Of a stretch of 64,000 nucleotides of DNA, positions 27,138 through 38,104 are shown piece after piece. This DNA comes from a virus (taxonomy: Duplodnaviria; Caudoviricetes). The stretch covers positions 8,958-72,957 of the IMG/VR virus record IMGVR_UViG_3300002446_000068. One strand, given 5' to 3'. Each line of letters begins with the position of its first letter. Within the stretch, counting starts at the first letter, position 1. The translations under genes and the position numbers were made by a program. Below the pieces are notes generated by a model. It did not search any database. It saw nothing but the letters and a program-made list of their open reading frames with translations, and had not been told where the DNA came from.

Positions 27138-30100
27138 GCGAATCGTTTGAAAGCCTATTCACCATACAGGTCGAGACAGTTGGGGTTGAATCCCTAGATT
27201 CCCTGATACTGAAGCTGGGCGAAGTAGACGCAAAGGTTAGGGAAACATCCGGGATTGTAGCCGGTCTCAGGGAATCTCTTTCCGGTTTCACCATTCCCTC
27301 CATAGCCGATGAGGTCCACGCATCAATCATCACCCCGCTTGAATCAGCCATAACCACAGCAGGGATGCTGGCGACTGCACTACAGGGGCTATACGGGAAG
27401 GGTGGCGATGCCCCTCCCCCAATCCCAGTCCCATTGGGTGGCAATTTTGGTGACATGGATGTGTATAAGCATCTCATGGACCAGCTAGCCGCCGCTGAAG
27501 AAGCAAAGAAGAAACTTTTCGAGGAACCGTTTACCCCCATGTACATCCGTGGCGAGCAGGGTGGATGGGACCCACGGATTAGAAGCGGTAGCGAGAAGGG
27601 CGGCTGGAGAAGTCAAACGGGCCGCTTCTCCACACAAGAAGATGTCTTTGCCGAACTGGCTGGCAGCGGGAAAGAGTTTGAGCAGTTAGCCGAACTGTCC
27701 AAAGATGCTCTAATGAACATCCCCGAGGCAGCTCGGACTGCGGTCAACCTCACCCTCAAGGAATTTGAACGGCTCAAGATGGAAGTGGTCGGGCACTCCA
27801 TTATCCCCGACATGGTGAACGACATTAACCGCTGGTTGTTGATGATTAAGCTGCCGTCGAATCTACAGCAAGAGTTTCAGCGGTTGCAGCACGCCGTGTA
27901 CGTCCCGACAATCAGCGCGTCCGGGTCTATGGGCAGTTCGGTGGGCGATACCGCCGGTCCGGTGAGTACCGAGTATGCCCAGTTCGGCAATTTGCAAAGC
28001 TCAGTGCTCCGCTTTGCCGAATCGTTTGAAGTGCTGGACACCGCAACCGGCAGAGCAGGCGTCACCGCAAGGGCCACAAGGGCCGAGTACGACAAGTTCG
28101 GCTACACGCTAAGCAAGTTCACCACTGATGTCACGAACTGGGAAGATGGGACGCAGGCTGTCTCGCAGAATATGGAAGACTACACCAAGGTGTTGGGTAG
28201 TGACTACCTGACCAGCTTCTTTGAGGGCGACAAGCTGACGGGCAGCACCTTGCGCTACACCAAGATGTTCGACGATCTCGACAAGGTTACGGGCAAAACC
28301 TTCCGCACCTTCCGCACGGGCATAAAAGAGATCGACGAATTCGACAAGGTACTCAAGGACTCCTACACCGATGTCAAGACATACTCGAATGGCATACAGG
28401 AGGTCGAGAAACACGTAGACGACTTTACCGATAAGGCAGATAGCGACAAGCTGGGAAGCAGCCGGTTTATGCGCCACCTGGCCTGGATTGCCCAAGGCAT
28501 CCTCATCTGGCAGGGGCTTAATGCTATTAACCAATTGAAGGATGCTTATGTCAAGAACTTCAGCGACATGGAGCAAGCCGCCGCCCGGGCCGCCTTTATC
28601 ATCGACGATTCGACACAGCAGATATTTGAGAGCCAGCTACGTGCAGCGGCGCAGGCCACCCAGTATGGCATTGAACCCACTTCCACCGCACAGGCTGGTA
28701 TTGTGGCGGCGCAATACGGCGTTGATGAGATGGCTATTGTCGAAGACGCCGCCCGATTGGCTATGGTCGCCCAGATGGACATGGCAGAGGCTACGGATTA
28801 CCTGCTTTCCATCGAGCGCATTTGGAACATTGAGCTTTCGGAAACCAGCAGGGTTCTGGACACGCTTGTAACCATGTACGCTACGGCCCCAGGCGACATG
28901 AAGGGTTTCATGGACATGATGCGGGAGGGGCCTGCTCTTGCCATGCAGTTTGGGATGTCCTTTGAAGAATATATGCTGATGATTGCAAGGGCCATGAGCT
29001 ACCTCCCGGGCCAGACTCCCTCCACAGTGTCAGGGCTTTTGGGACGCACTGTCTCCAGGCTGACGCAAGGAGAAACCCCGGAGGTTTTGGCACGAGATTA
29101 TGGGATTGGCGTTATTTCCCCAGAGACGCTAACCCCGCGCCCGGGCCTTGAGGTCTTGGACGAAATTGCCGCAAAGTACCGCGCCTTGGGCACAGAGCAG
29201 GAGAAGGTTGCCCTTGCCGTTGCGATTGCCGGGAGCAAGCAGGGGCAGGCGTGGCAGGACATGAAGGTCTTGCTTGATAACTGGGGAGAAGGCATCCGTG
29301 GTGCGGAAACCAAGATGCGGAGCTTTGGCGATATGTCCGACAACGTTCTTAACACCCACAGGACACGTATAGACGCCGCCAAGGCCGCATGGGTCGAGTG
29401 GATACAGGTGATGGCAGAGGGCGAGGGGATTATCGGCACCTATAGCAAGGCGATAGGCAAAATAGCCGAAGGGCTTGAAGATTCCACCAGGCAAGCGTTG
29501 CTGTTTAGGCAAGCAGAGTCACTCGGCATTGACAAACAGGCTCTTGCAGATTTATATGAGGGTAGTACCGGCGCTAAAGCCTTCAGCCATTACGAGACTA
29601 AAGAGGCGGAGGAACTTGCCGCAAGCAAAAAGTGGTACGAGCCTGCTGAGGGTTATAGAAAGTATGCGGCACCCACAGAAGAATTTATGGACTGGGCCGA
29701 AAAATACCTCAATGCCCCCATCAAGGCCGAAGGGTGGCACGACACGGGATGGGAGCAAGGTGGCTTTAAAGATGAAGCAAGGAAGGCGGGCGAGACGTTC
29801 AAGGACGATACCGGCGAGGCAGGCAAAGACTTTGTTAATGACGTGTCGGACGCTACTGATATATTGACATCCAAACTGTTTGGAGGCTGGACTCCATCAC
29901 CCAGCATCGTAGACCTTACGGGTTCCAAAGAGAACCCCTACACAATGGCCGAAGTGAACAAGGCTATAGCCCAGTCACGCGCCGATACCGACCGGATGAT
30001 TGCCGCGTTTGCCCAGGGGTTGCGCGAGCGGGGGCTTGGGGAAGATGCGATTGCCGTCGCACTCAAGAACTTTACGGACAAGATGGCCCTCAACCTCCAA

Positions 30101-31180
30101 TTCTACAGGCTACCTGGTGGCGAGATTCGGCTGATGGAGGGCCGCGACCTTTTATTCTACCTAAGCAAGATTGAGGAAAACACCCGTCCTCTTGAGGGCA
30201 TTTGGAATGTGCCCGAAGGCATGAGGATGTGGGTGCCCATTGAAAGCACATTTTACGGCAACTGGCGCGACAAGCAGGGAAAGGAAGAAACCGGGCAAAC
30301 CGTCACGCTGGACTCCACAACGTTTGACAGGTCGGCGGAGGCGTATGCCAGTGCAACCCAAACGTATCGGGATGCCGTCAATGCCTTTAAGGAATCGGTG
30401 CGCCTGAACGCAGAGCGGCTGGGCCTGACAGAATCCACGTACATCCCGGAGATAGGTTGGCCCTACTCGGCAGAGCAAGAGCTAGAGCCACCTTGGGTCC
30501 AACCCTTGATGGATGCACTGAAACGATTCCGCCTTGAGGGAATGTATAAAGAGGGGCCGGTTACTGCCCCGCAAGGAACGGCAACGGGCGAGGCTGTCAC
30601 CTATTCCTTGCCGCAGTGGATTATCGACAACTTTATGCTTCAGTTCCAACGGAACTTGGACAATCTGTTCTACGCACCGATTTTTGGTAGGGAACGACCA
30701 GAAGGCACGACTGAAAAGGCAGCTCCGCAAATGCCGGGTGGTCCAGAAACTAACTGGCTTGGTGGCGTTATTGGTCGTATTAGCGGCATCGTCGAAAAGT
30801 TCTCCCAGCTATTCCAAAGAGACAGTGGCAAACCCACGTATGAGGGAACGATTCACGACACAGAATCCGTCATCCCCCAACCGTTGAGCGTGTCACTCCC
30901 ACAGAACCAGCTTTCGCAGGGGGTGCAGATGGGGACGCTGGCGACGGGTATGCCCACATCTATGAGCACGCTAACGGGCATTATGACAACCATGCGGGTT
31001 ACGTCCTCTGCCCAGTTGCTCTTGCTGATGACGATTGCGCGAAACACGGGCATACCGCAGGCCCCGCCGGTCGTGAACGTGACGGTTGAGGCTACTGGCC
31101 GCACGGCAACTACAACCGTAAATGAGGTCTTGACCAGGGAATGGGCGCTGGGTCACGGGGTCTATGAGACCCCCATCTAA
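27134..31180 (+). CDS. Tape measure protein
   Basis: 1348 aa, Ala/Gly/helical, W/F-spaced repeats, position. Confidence 0.9.
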   Translation: MSESFESLFTIQVETVGVESLDSLILKLGEVDAKVRETSGIVAGLRESLSGFTIPSIADEVHASIITPLESAITTAGMLATALQGLYGKGGDAPPPIPVPLGGNFGDMDVYKHLMDQLAAAEEAKKKLFEEPFTPMYIRGEQGGWDPRIRSGSEKGGWRSQTGRFSTQEDVFAELAGSGKEFEQLAELSKDALMNIPEAARTAVNLTLKEFERLKMEVVGHSIIPDMVNDINRWLLMIKLPSNLQQEFQRLQHAVYVPTISASGSMGSSVGDTAGPVSTEYAQFGNLQSSVLRFAESFEVLDTATGRAGVTARATRAEYDKFGYTLSKFTTDVTNWEDGTQAVSQNMEDYTKVLGSDYLTSFFEGDKLTGSTLRYTKMFDDLDKVTGKTFRTFRTGIKEIDEFDKVLKDSYTDVKTYSNGIQEVEKHVDDFTDKADSDKLGSSRFMRHLAWIAQGILIWQGLNAINQLKDAYVKNFSDMEQAAARAAFIIDDSTQQIFESQLRAAAQATQYGIEPTSTAQAGIVAAQYGVDEMAIVEDAARLAMVAQMDMAEATDYLLSIERIWNIELSETSRVLDTLVTMYATAPGDMKGFMDMMREGPALAMQFGMSFEEYMLMIARAMSYLPGQTPSTVSGLLGRTVSRLTQGETPEVLARDYGIGVISPETLTPRPGLEVLDEIAAKYRALGTEQEKVALAVAIAGSKQGQAWQDMKVLLDNWGEGIRGAETKMRSFGDMSDNVLNTHRTRIDAAKAAWVEWIQVMAEGEGIIGTYSKAIGKIAEGLEDSTRQALLFRQAESLGIDKQALADLYEGSTGAKAFSHYETKEAEELAASKKWYEPAEGYRKYAAPTEEFMDWAEKYLNAPIKAEGWHDTGWEQGGFKDEARKAGETFKDDTGEAGKDFVNDVSDATDILTSKLFGGWTPSPSIVDLTGSKENPYTMAEVNKAIAQSRADTDRMIAAFAQGLRERGLGEDAIAVALKNFTDKMALNLQFYRLPGGEIRLMEGRDLLFYLSKIEENTRPLEGIWNVPEGMRMWVPIESTFYGNWRDKQGKEETGQTVTLDSTTFDRSAEAYASATQTYRDAVNAFKESVRLNAERLGLTESTYIPEIGWPYSAEQELEPPWVQPLMDALKRFRLEGMYKEGPVTAPQGTATGEAVTYSLPQWIIDNFMLQFQRNLDNLFYAPIFGRERPEGTTEKAAPQMPGGPETNWLGGVIGRISGIVEKFSQLFQRDSGKPTYEGTIHDTESVIPQPLSVSLPQNQLSQGVQMGTLATGMPTSMSTLTGIMTTMRVTSSAQLLLLMTIARNTGIPQAPPVVNVTVEATGRTATTTVNEVLTREWALGHGVYETPI

Positions 31181-31195
31181 TCGTGAGGTAGCATC

Positions 31196-31555
31196 GTGAC
31201 AATACCTACACCTAAATGGAGTATCGGTGCGATAACTATATTCGTCGATGAGTACAGCGGTGGGCAAAAGCCCGTTGTCGGTGAGCTGCACGTGCTGGAT
31301 GCAAACAACAGCACCAAGCACTTTTCCGGCTCTATGGGCAAGACCCGAAGAATCGCCGGCACGCTCTACGACATAGACAGCAACAAGCTAAGCACCCTTG
31401 AGGGGTATGCCGAAGCGAAGACAGCCCGTACCTTGACGAGCGACATCGGTAACGAAGGCAGCTACATCGTTATGGACGTGCAACACAAACGACAGCAGGC
31501 CCTCCAATACAGCTATGCTGTGTACAGAGTGACCGTGGAATTGGCGGAAGCATGA
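31196..31555 (+). CDS. Distal tail-like protein
   Basis: Follows the tape measure gene. Confidence 0.55.
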   Translation: MTIPTPKWSIGAITIFVDEYSGGQKPVVGELHVLDANNSTKHFSGSMGKTRRIAGTLYDIDSNKLSTLEGYAEAKTARTLTSDIGNEGSYIVMDVQHKRQQALQYSYAVYRVTVELAEA

Positions 31556-32532
31556 GAAAGCTGTACGCGGCTGTCACGGGCACGAGCAGCATCGTTACCG
31601 TGGATGTCGATCAGGACTATTCCCAGCCGACAGCCAATGCGGTTGTCAAGTGCGGGGCGACAAGCCTGTCCCTGGGCGACGCCGTGGAGATAGACATCGG
31701 CTACACCGACGACCATGCGGTTGTGTTCAAGGGGTACGTGCTGGAAAAAATCACGACACGGAACGCTGGGGAACTGTCCTATACCCTCCGCTGCCGCGAT
31801 AACTTGTGGAGGACGATGGCGATGTTCATCGCGTCCGAAGACCCGCAGGCCCCTCTGAAATACTCGAACATCACCGCAGAGAGCCTGGTCGCCACGATGC
31901 TTGAGTTGTCGGGCGTATCCACCCACTCTCTGGACAGCCCAGGGTTCACATTCGCCCCAGAGGAACCGTTAGAGATACAGCTTACGTCTGCGTGGGACAT
32001 CATCAACCGCGTGTGCTGGCTCATCGCATGGCACTGCTACGATGATATGGGGACCATCAGGTTTCTGGACCGTAAGCCCTACAATGTAGCAGGAGATGTA
32101 TCGGTTCATTCGTTTACAGTCGGGGACTCTGGGGACATCCTGACTATAGAGCCTTACGCTATTTCGAGTGACAAGATACGGAATAAGGTGGTGGTCTATG
32201 GCAAGGAAGGGGTGTATGCGTCTGCGCAGGCATCCAGTCCGTTCTTACCCGCAGGCTTTTATAAGGCCGAGGTTCTATCCGCGCCGGACCTGGTAGACAA
32301 CACGTCAATGGCCCAGGAGATTGCCGACTACAACCTAGACCTTATGAACAGGCTAGAAAAGAGTGCCACCGTGACAGTGTTGGGTACACCGGGCGTAAAC
32401 GCCCGAAAGGTTGTGACGTTCACAGAGGCGAAAACAGGCATCAGCGCCGATTGGTTTGTGTATAGCTGCAAGCATAGGCTATCGGACTCTTATATGACTT
32501 CCATGACATTGACCCAGAGGCAGACATCGTGA
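31552..32532 (+). CDS. Baseplate hub/tail tip protein
   Basis: FKGYV, CRDNL, IRNKVVVYG. Confidence 0.65.
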   Translation: MRKLYAAVTGTSSIVTVDVDQDYSQPTANAVVKCGATSLSLGDAVEIDIGYTDDHAVVFKGYVLEKITTRNAGELSYTLRCRDNLWRTMAMFIASEDPQAPLKYSNITAESLVATMLELSGVSTHSLDSPGFTFAPEEPLEIQLTSAWDIINRVCWLIAWHCYDDMGTIRFLDRKPYNVAGDVSVHSFTVGDSGDILTIEPYAISSDKIRNKVVVYGKEGVYASAQASSPFLPAGFYKAEVLSAPDLVDNTSMAQEIADYNLDLMNRLEKSATVTVLGTPGVNARKVVTFTEAKTGISADWFVYSCKHRLSDSYMTSMTLTQRQTS

Positions 32533-35018
32533 GCGCATCTATCATCATCAACGGTACAGACCGCACATCCAACCTGGTTCGCTTGGAACTCAGAGAGGAA
32601 TATTGCGACCCAGGAAAACACTTTGAGGCTATGTTCGATAGCATGTTTGTCGTGTCCACGTGGGAGACGGTCGCAATCTATGAGGGCGCAACCCTTCTGT
32701 TTACAGGCAGCACGTCGCAAATTGAGGGCAACCGGCCTGATGGCTCTATGGTGGTGCGAGGCGGCGACGACATTAAGAGGCTCCGTGAATACTTTGTCGT
32801 AGAAGAATATACTGCGATGGGGGAAGGGGTCAAGCACTGGATTGCCAAATTTGCGCAAGAGGCCGGTTGCACCATTTCCTTTCTTGAGGACTATGACCCG
32901 ATACCACTGGAGGGTATGACGCTTGGGCGTATGCCAGCATGGGAAATCATCTCCGAGCTGCTACTGTATGCAAGATGGGACATTTGGTGCGGCACTGACG
33001 GTACTGTTCTTGTGGGCAGGCGTATGCAAAGCGGGAGCGCCACGGAAACCATAGCCGCAGGCGACAATCTGGTATCGATGGACCGCAGCTTGGACAGCGA
33101 GCCGCCGAGAAACGCCGCCATTGTCTACGCTGCCACGGGATACGCCAAGGCGCAACAGACCTTTGGGTGGGAGATAGATAGTAACGATGTACGGACGATG
33201 GTTGTGTCCAGCATGTACGTCAAGACGCCAGTTGAAGCAGCGGACCTGGCGCACCAACTGATTGCCGCCGGTGGCCCAACATACGATATTAAGCGGTGCG
33301 AACTGGACGATGTGTACCCAGGTATTGAGATTGGGGACGTAGCCAGTTTCGACAATGGCAAGGATGATAGCGGCGAGGACATGGTAACTAGCGTTACATC
33401 CACATGGGATGGAGTAAGCGGCGAGCGGAGGATGCACGTCAAACTGGGTGAACGGTGTCCCCTTGTGGGGGCCGGCGGCGGGTCGCCGGTAGACGGGAGA
33501 GACGTGATTGTCGCCACCTACAGTCATGGGGTGTGGCGGTGCAAAGACATTTGGGAGGGTACACCCCATTGGGAACCGTTGAATACAGGACTGAGGACGG
33601 CGTACCCTGACTACGGCATACCCGCTGATGGCGGGCTATCATGCGACTGGTTCATCCGCGATCCGTTTGAATGCAACACGAGAGCTTTTCTTCAAACGAA
33701 ATATGCGATTTATGAGACACAAAGTTTGGAACCAGGATATGAGAATTGGGTACCAGTGTTGCCCTACAAAAATATCAATCCCTATCCCGAAACTAATCGT
33801 TCATATTATGTGTTAAAATTGCGCTCCACAATTGCTAGGAGGGGAAGATATTATATCGTCGTGGGACACGAGGGTGATGAGTTTGGGCAATGGGACAAAT
33901 ATATTATGGGTACCAACGATCACTTTCGCACGATTTTTGGGAGGCGAACATACAACGAGGCGGTCTATGTAGCTGATGTACCAATGCTGTCACACCTTTA
34001 TCCTATGAGTAGCGCCATTTTTGGGGACCCAGATTATGAGCAACAAGAAAGTGTGGGCATGTCCTCTTGGCATCATCTTTCTAGATATTGCGAGGCGGGC
34101 AAGGGAGGACTGGCTGCATGGCACAGAAACGATCACGGATGTTTTATGACGGGTACGAAAAATATGCTACAGTCAGGCACAGTGATAAGTGGAGCCGGTC
34201 CTGCCATTTGGTCTGGAGTCATGTGGACAGAACCATATTACCATGAACACACTGGTGAGTATTTTCCCGCAGATGAAATCATAGTCACACCAATTCATTC
34301 GTTAAACCCAATGCCTAATCCTAATTGGTGGAGAATTAAAGAACCTTATTATCTGTCAAGTTTTGAATACAACCCAGCAGCAAACTGGTATAAACATCCA
34401 TCTATTCATATTCCTTATGACCAACAATATAAGCCCTATTTCTCCTGGCCCTTACAAGACAGTGCCAATCCCGATTTATACAGGACACGGCAAATGCCGT
34501 CTGTGTACTATGCCATTCCCGGTGTTTGGGAGGGAGATATTGTCTTCAACACTGGCTCTTACCCTTGGCACAGCATAAAAGGCAAGATTGGCAACATGCC
34601 CTGGGGCGGCACCGATTGTCACTTTCTGCAGGGCGCACTGGGCACGTACACCCCAAACCGAAACAAGGTCTACTGCTTCAATGCGGGCAAGCCCAGTCGG
34701 TTTGCCATTTCAGATGACGAGTGCGACTCCTGGACGGAAAAGGCATCCGTTCCATTCAGGACGGCCTGTTTCTCGGGGTTCCCCTATTCGTCCAACAAAG
34801 TCTATGTGGGGCGCGACCCGACTCGTGACGCCACTGGTGCTGCCTCAGCAGATGATACAGCCCTCCTCTATTCGTCATGGGACAGGGGCGATACCTGGAC
34901 TGATGTCACCGGCGACTTGTGGACTCAGACCCAGGACATGCACATTCGGAGTGGCGGCTTTGGAGTGCCCTATTATGGGGCGCACGGACTGGTCACGGTA
35001 GCGCCGAGGTACGTATGA
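32529..35018 (+). CDS. Tail tip protein: hub domain plus BNR/Asp-box beta-propeller region
   Basis: RNAAIVY; Asp-box-like ISDDECDSW and SSWDRGDTW. Confidence 0.65.
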   Translation: MSASIIINGTDRTSNLVRLELREEYCDPGKHFEAMFDSMFVVSTWETVAIYEGATLLFTGSTSQIEGNRPDGSMVVRGGDDIKRLREYFVVEEYTAMGEGVKHWIAKFAQEAGCTISFLEDYDPIPLEGMTLGRMPAWEIISELLLYARWDIWCGTDGTVLVGRRMQSGSATETIAAGDNLVSMDRSLDSEPPRNAAIVYAATGYAKAQQTFGWEIDSNDVRTMVVSSMYVKTPVEAADLAHQLIAAGGPTYDIKRCELDDVYPGIEIGDVASFDNGKDDSGEDMVTSVTSTWDGVSGERRMHVKLGERCPLVGAGGGSPVDGRDVIVATYSHGVWRCKDIWEGTPHWEPLNTGLRTAYPDYGIPADGGLSCDWFIRDPFECNTRAFLQTKYAIYETQSLEPGYENWVPVLPYKNINPYPETNRSYYVLKLRSTIARRGRYYIVVGHEGDEFGQWDKYIMGTNDHFRTIFGRRTYNEAVYVADVPMLSHLYPMSSAIFGDPDYEQQESVGMSSWHHLSRYCEAGKGGLAAWHRNDHGCFMTGTKNMLQSGTVISGAGPAIWSGVMWTEPYYHEHTGEYFPADEIIVTPIHSLNPMPNPNWWRIKEPYYLSSFEYNPAANWYKHPSIHIPYDQQYKPYFSWPLQDSANPDLYRTRQMPSVYYAIPGVWEGDIVFNTGSYPWHSIKGKIGNMPWGGTDCHFLQGALGTYTPNRNKVYCFNAGKPSRFAISDDECDSWTEKASVPFRTACFSGFPYSSNKVYVGRDPTRDATGAASADDTALLYSSWDRGDTWTDVTGDLWTQTQDMHIRSGGFGVPYYGAHGLVTVAPRYV

Positions 35019-35920
35019 CATTAACGCGGGACTATCTCAAGCAGGTCATGGCCTACGTAGACCACAAGCTCAACAGGCCGCAAAGGCTAGAGCTTGGTGG
35101 TGGATCCGGGCCCGGTGGCGGGTCTGGGATACCCCCCGGAGGTATCATCGGCCAACTATCCCAACGGTGGATTTGCTACGATACCACAGAGGCTACCAGC
35201 GCCGGGTCTACATCTACGGGCGGCTCCTTGCCGTCACTTGTCCAAAACCTGAACAGGATACGTGGTGGGTACGCCATAGGCGACGACGCCATTGTAGAAC
35301 GGCACATGCTCTGGTCCACTGGGGATGCTGGCACGTCGGGCTGTATAGATGCACAACACATCCCATTCTACGCATATGCCTCCCCCATGACTTCCGAAAC
35401 GGTCAGGGATGCCATTGAGGAAGCCTACTCTGAAGTCGGAGAACTGTCTGCGGAGAATATCCCATTCACATCAACGTCTGGCAGTTTGGTTTCAGATAAT
35501 GTCCGAGACGCTATTGAAGAAGTTTTAGACAACCGCGCCGATGCAATGGCACAGGCGTACACCTGGCACACATTCGCCTTTTCAGTAAGTGGAGCCGTCT
35601 CTACAGGAACAGGAACCATGAGGCTCTATGTGCCTGGTGATATGACGATAGCCGAAGTCTTGGCGGCGTGCGACCAGGCCCCTACCGGACAAGCCCTAAT
35701 TGTTGACATAAACAAGAACGGGACGACGATCTTCACCAACCAGGCCAACAGGCCCACAATCGCAGACGGGGCCAATGTAGGAACGTCTGGCACGCCAAAT
35801 GTCACCGCATTGGTCAAGAACGATTACTTGACAATGGATAGGGACCAAATCGGTAGCAGTGTTGCAGGCATAGACCTTACAGTCCATGTAAGGTGCAAGC
35901 AATACCTTTCAGGAGTTTAG
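35015..35920 (+). CDS. Minor tail/fibre protein
   Basis: ATGA overlap; C-terminal APTGQALIVDINKNGTTIF...DQIGS..AG.DLTV domain. Confidence 0.6.
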   Translation: MTLTRDYLKQVMAYVDHKLNRPQRLELGGGSGPGGGSGIPPGGIIGQLSQRWICYDTTEATSAGSTSTGGSLPSLVQNLNRIRGGYAIGDDAIVERHMLWSTGDAGTSGCIDAQHIPFYAYASPMTSETVRDAIEEAYSEVGELSAENIPFTSTSGSLVSDNVRDAIEEVLDNRADAMAQAYTWHTFAFSVSGAVSTGTGTMRLYVPGDMTIAEVLAACDQAPTGQALIVDINKNGTTIFTNQANRPTIADGANVGTSGTPNVTALVKNDYLTMDRDQIGSSVAGIDLTVHVRCKQYLSGV

Positions 35921-35922
35921 CT

Positions 35923-36918
35923 ATGGCATTTGTACCGCTTTATGGGACTGGGTTTGAGACTGGAAGCTCGGAACAAATCCCAGCCGTTGACAAGAACCAA
36001 GCCTATGTTATTGTAGATGCAGTACACTCCGGGGCCTATGGCCTACATCTGGATTCTAACTATCCATCCACCTATGGCTGGGCGCGGTGGCCTGTTGATT
36101 CGACACCGGCAGAGTTATACTTTAGTGCTTGGGTTTATCCAGACGGAGACTTCCCACTCTACATTGAGTTCTATGTCGATAGTGGACACTATGTAGGCAT
36201 ACGGCACGATGGTACATACTGGGATGCTTATGTAAATGGGTCGAAAGTTGCCGATGGTTCTATAGCACACACCAAGCTCACGTGGCATCTTGTAGAGTTG
36301 CATGTGATTATCTCGGACACCGGCACAATCGAAACACGCATCGACACCGTAGGGGACGTGTCGTATTCCGGCGACACCAAGCCAGGGGCAACCACGGCTA
36401 TTACGCATGTGCGTGCTTACCAGTATGTGACTGGCGTCAATTACTATGCCGACAGCTACCTTGACGATATGGTATTTGGGACAGGGGGATGGGCGGGGGA
36501 TGTTCGGTTCAATGCTGCACTTGTCCCCAGTTCGGACACAGCACAAATAGATTGGACCCCAAGCACCGGCACTGATAACTATGCACTGGTCGATGAAGTG
36601 CCACCAAGCGACGCCGACTATGTGAGTTCCTTGACCATTGGCAACATTGACATGTACGAGCTAAGCGACTGGACGCCACCAGGTACAGATTATGATATTT
36701 TGTTCATAAACGATTGGATGAGGGCAAGCACCGATACACCCGGGACAAAGGTCGAGTCTGTCATCACAAGTGGGTCAACCACAAGTAATGGGGACGCTGA
36801 ATCTCTAACGACCACACCGACCTACTACCACAGGATGCTGGCGGCAGACCCAAATACAGCAAGTGCATGGGAAGCCGCTGCTATAAATGCCCTGGAAATA
36901 GGACAGGAGAGGGTATAA
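35923..36918 (+). CDS. Minor tail protein with LamG-like domain
   Basis: GFETG, WHLVELHV, YLDDM. Confidence 0.6.
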   Translation: MAFVPLYGTGFETGSSEQIPAVDKNQAYVIVDAVHSGAYGLHLDSNYPSTYGWARWPVDSTPAELYFSAWVYPDGDFPLYIEFYVDSGHYVGIRHDGTYWDAYVNGSKVADGSIAHTKLTWHLVELHVIISDTGTIETRIDTVGDVSYSGDTKPGATTAITHVRAYQYVTGVNYYADSYLDDMVFGTGGWAGDVRFNAALVPSSDTAQIDWTPSTGTDNYALVDEVPPSDADYVSSLTIGNIDMYELSDWTPPGTDYDILFINDWMRASTDTPGTKVESVITSGSTTSNGDAESLTTTPTYYHRMLAADPNTASAWEAAAINALEIGQERV

Positions 36919-37757
36919 TGGCTGATCAGAAAGTAACTGCACTAACAGAAGAAACAAGCCCAATATCGTCAGATTTGTTGTATATGGTAGACGATCCTGG
37001 TGTCACCCCGGCGTCGCGCAAGACAACGTTTGCTAATGCGGCAAAGGGACTCGCTGGCACTATTGTGCAGACGGCCACGCAAGCCACAAGACCGGCTTCA
37101 GCAACGCCGGGCTACTTGCATCTACCAAGTGATGGTTACACTATTGACAGAGATAGTGGCTCTGCCTGGGTCAGTTGGGGGCCGATATTCCCATGTACCC
37201 CTCCGGTGTTGGGCGATTTTACATGGGTGAATCAGGATGGCGTTGGAACGGCAGTAACAACCTATGGCGGCATACACATATCGTCACCGGAAAATGCAGC
37301 GACAGAGTATCGTATGCTAAAAAAGGCAGCACCGTCTACCCCATACACTATCACAGCCATGATGATAGGCGCAATAGCTGTTAGCCAGAATTACGGCGGG
37401 TTTGGTATTGGGTGGAGACAGAGCAGCGATGGGAAATTGGTTCTAGCTCTCATAAGGAGTAATACGTCACGAACACTTGATAGTGAAGTTGTGGCAATGA
37501 AGTGTGCTGACGAACACACAGATACCGCTGTGTACACTCAACACGACTTTGTAATTTCTGGCACAGTTTTTTTACGTCTTGTTGACGATGGCACCAACAG
37601 AAAAGTAGAATATGGATGGGATGGTCACAATTTCATTACCCTCCATTCTGTTGGGCGCACAGATTTTATGACAGCGGATGAAGTGTTGTTCTTTGCGTGC
37701 TCCAGGAACGCTACATTCCCGGCTGGCATGACGTTGCTTAGCTGGAAAGAAGAATAG
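36918..37757 (+). CDS. Tail fibre/receptor-binding candidate
   Basis: MADQKVTALTE N-terminus; lectin-like beta-rich C-terminus. Confidence 0.6.
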   Translation: MADQKVTALTEETSPISSDLLYMVDDPGVTPASRKTTFANAAKGLAGTIVQTATQATRPASATPGYLHLPSDGYTIDRDSGSAWVSWGPIFPCTPPVLGDFTWVNQDGVGTAVTTYGGIHISSPENAATEYRMLKKAAPSTPYTITAMMIGAIAVSQNYGGFGIGWRQSSDGKLVLALIRSNTSRTLDSEVVAMKCADEHTDTAVYTQHDFVISGTVFLRLVDDGTNRKVEYGWDGHNFITLHSVGRTDFMTADEVLFFACSRNATFPAGMTLLSWKEE

Positions 37758-37766
37758 TGGCCGATC

Positions 37767-38096
37767 ATGGCTGACCGTCTCTTAAAAGAAGATGTTGATA
37801 TTCTACTGAAAGAGGACGGTTCCGCACTCGTCTTAGAAGATGGGCTATCCACCACAAAAGGGGTACTTGTCTATGCACGTTGCCTAGAAGTTGCGTATGC
37901 CCCAATAGAACAGGTCTTTGTCGAACAGCACATCGTAGAGGTTGCGCACCAGATACACCCAACCGCATCGGTGTACCAACGCATCGTCGAGGTCGCTTGT
38001 CATTATTGGGGAGCCATAAGGACGCAACAGCACGTGATTGAGATAGCCTACCAACCGGGGGCTGAAATCTATGGCCCCACCACCCAGCACATCTAG
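37767..38096 (+). CDS. Minor tail protein
   Basis: LLKEDGSALVLE; Q.IVEVA repeats. Confidence 0.55.
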   Translation: MADRLLKEDVDILLKEDGSALVLEDGLSTTKGVLVYARCLEVAYAPIEQVFVEQHIVEVAHQIHPTASVYQRIVEVACHYWGAIRTQQHVIEIAYQPGAEIYGPTTQHI

Positions 38097-38104
38097 GAGG
38101 TATT

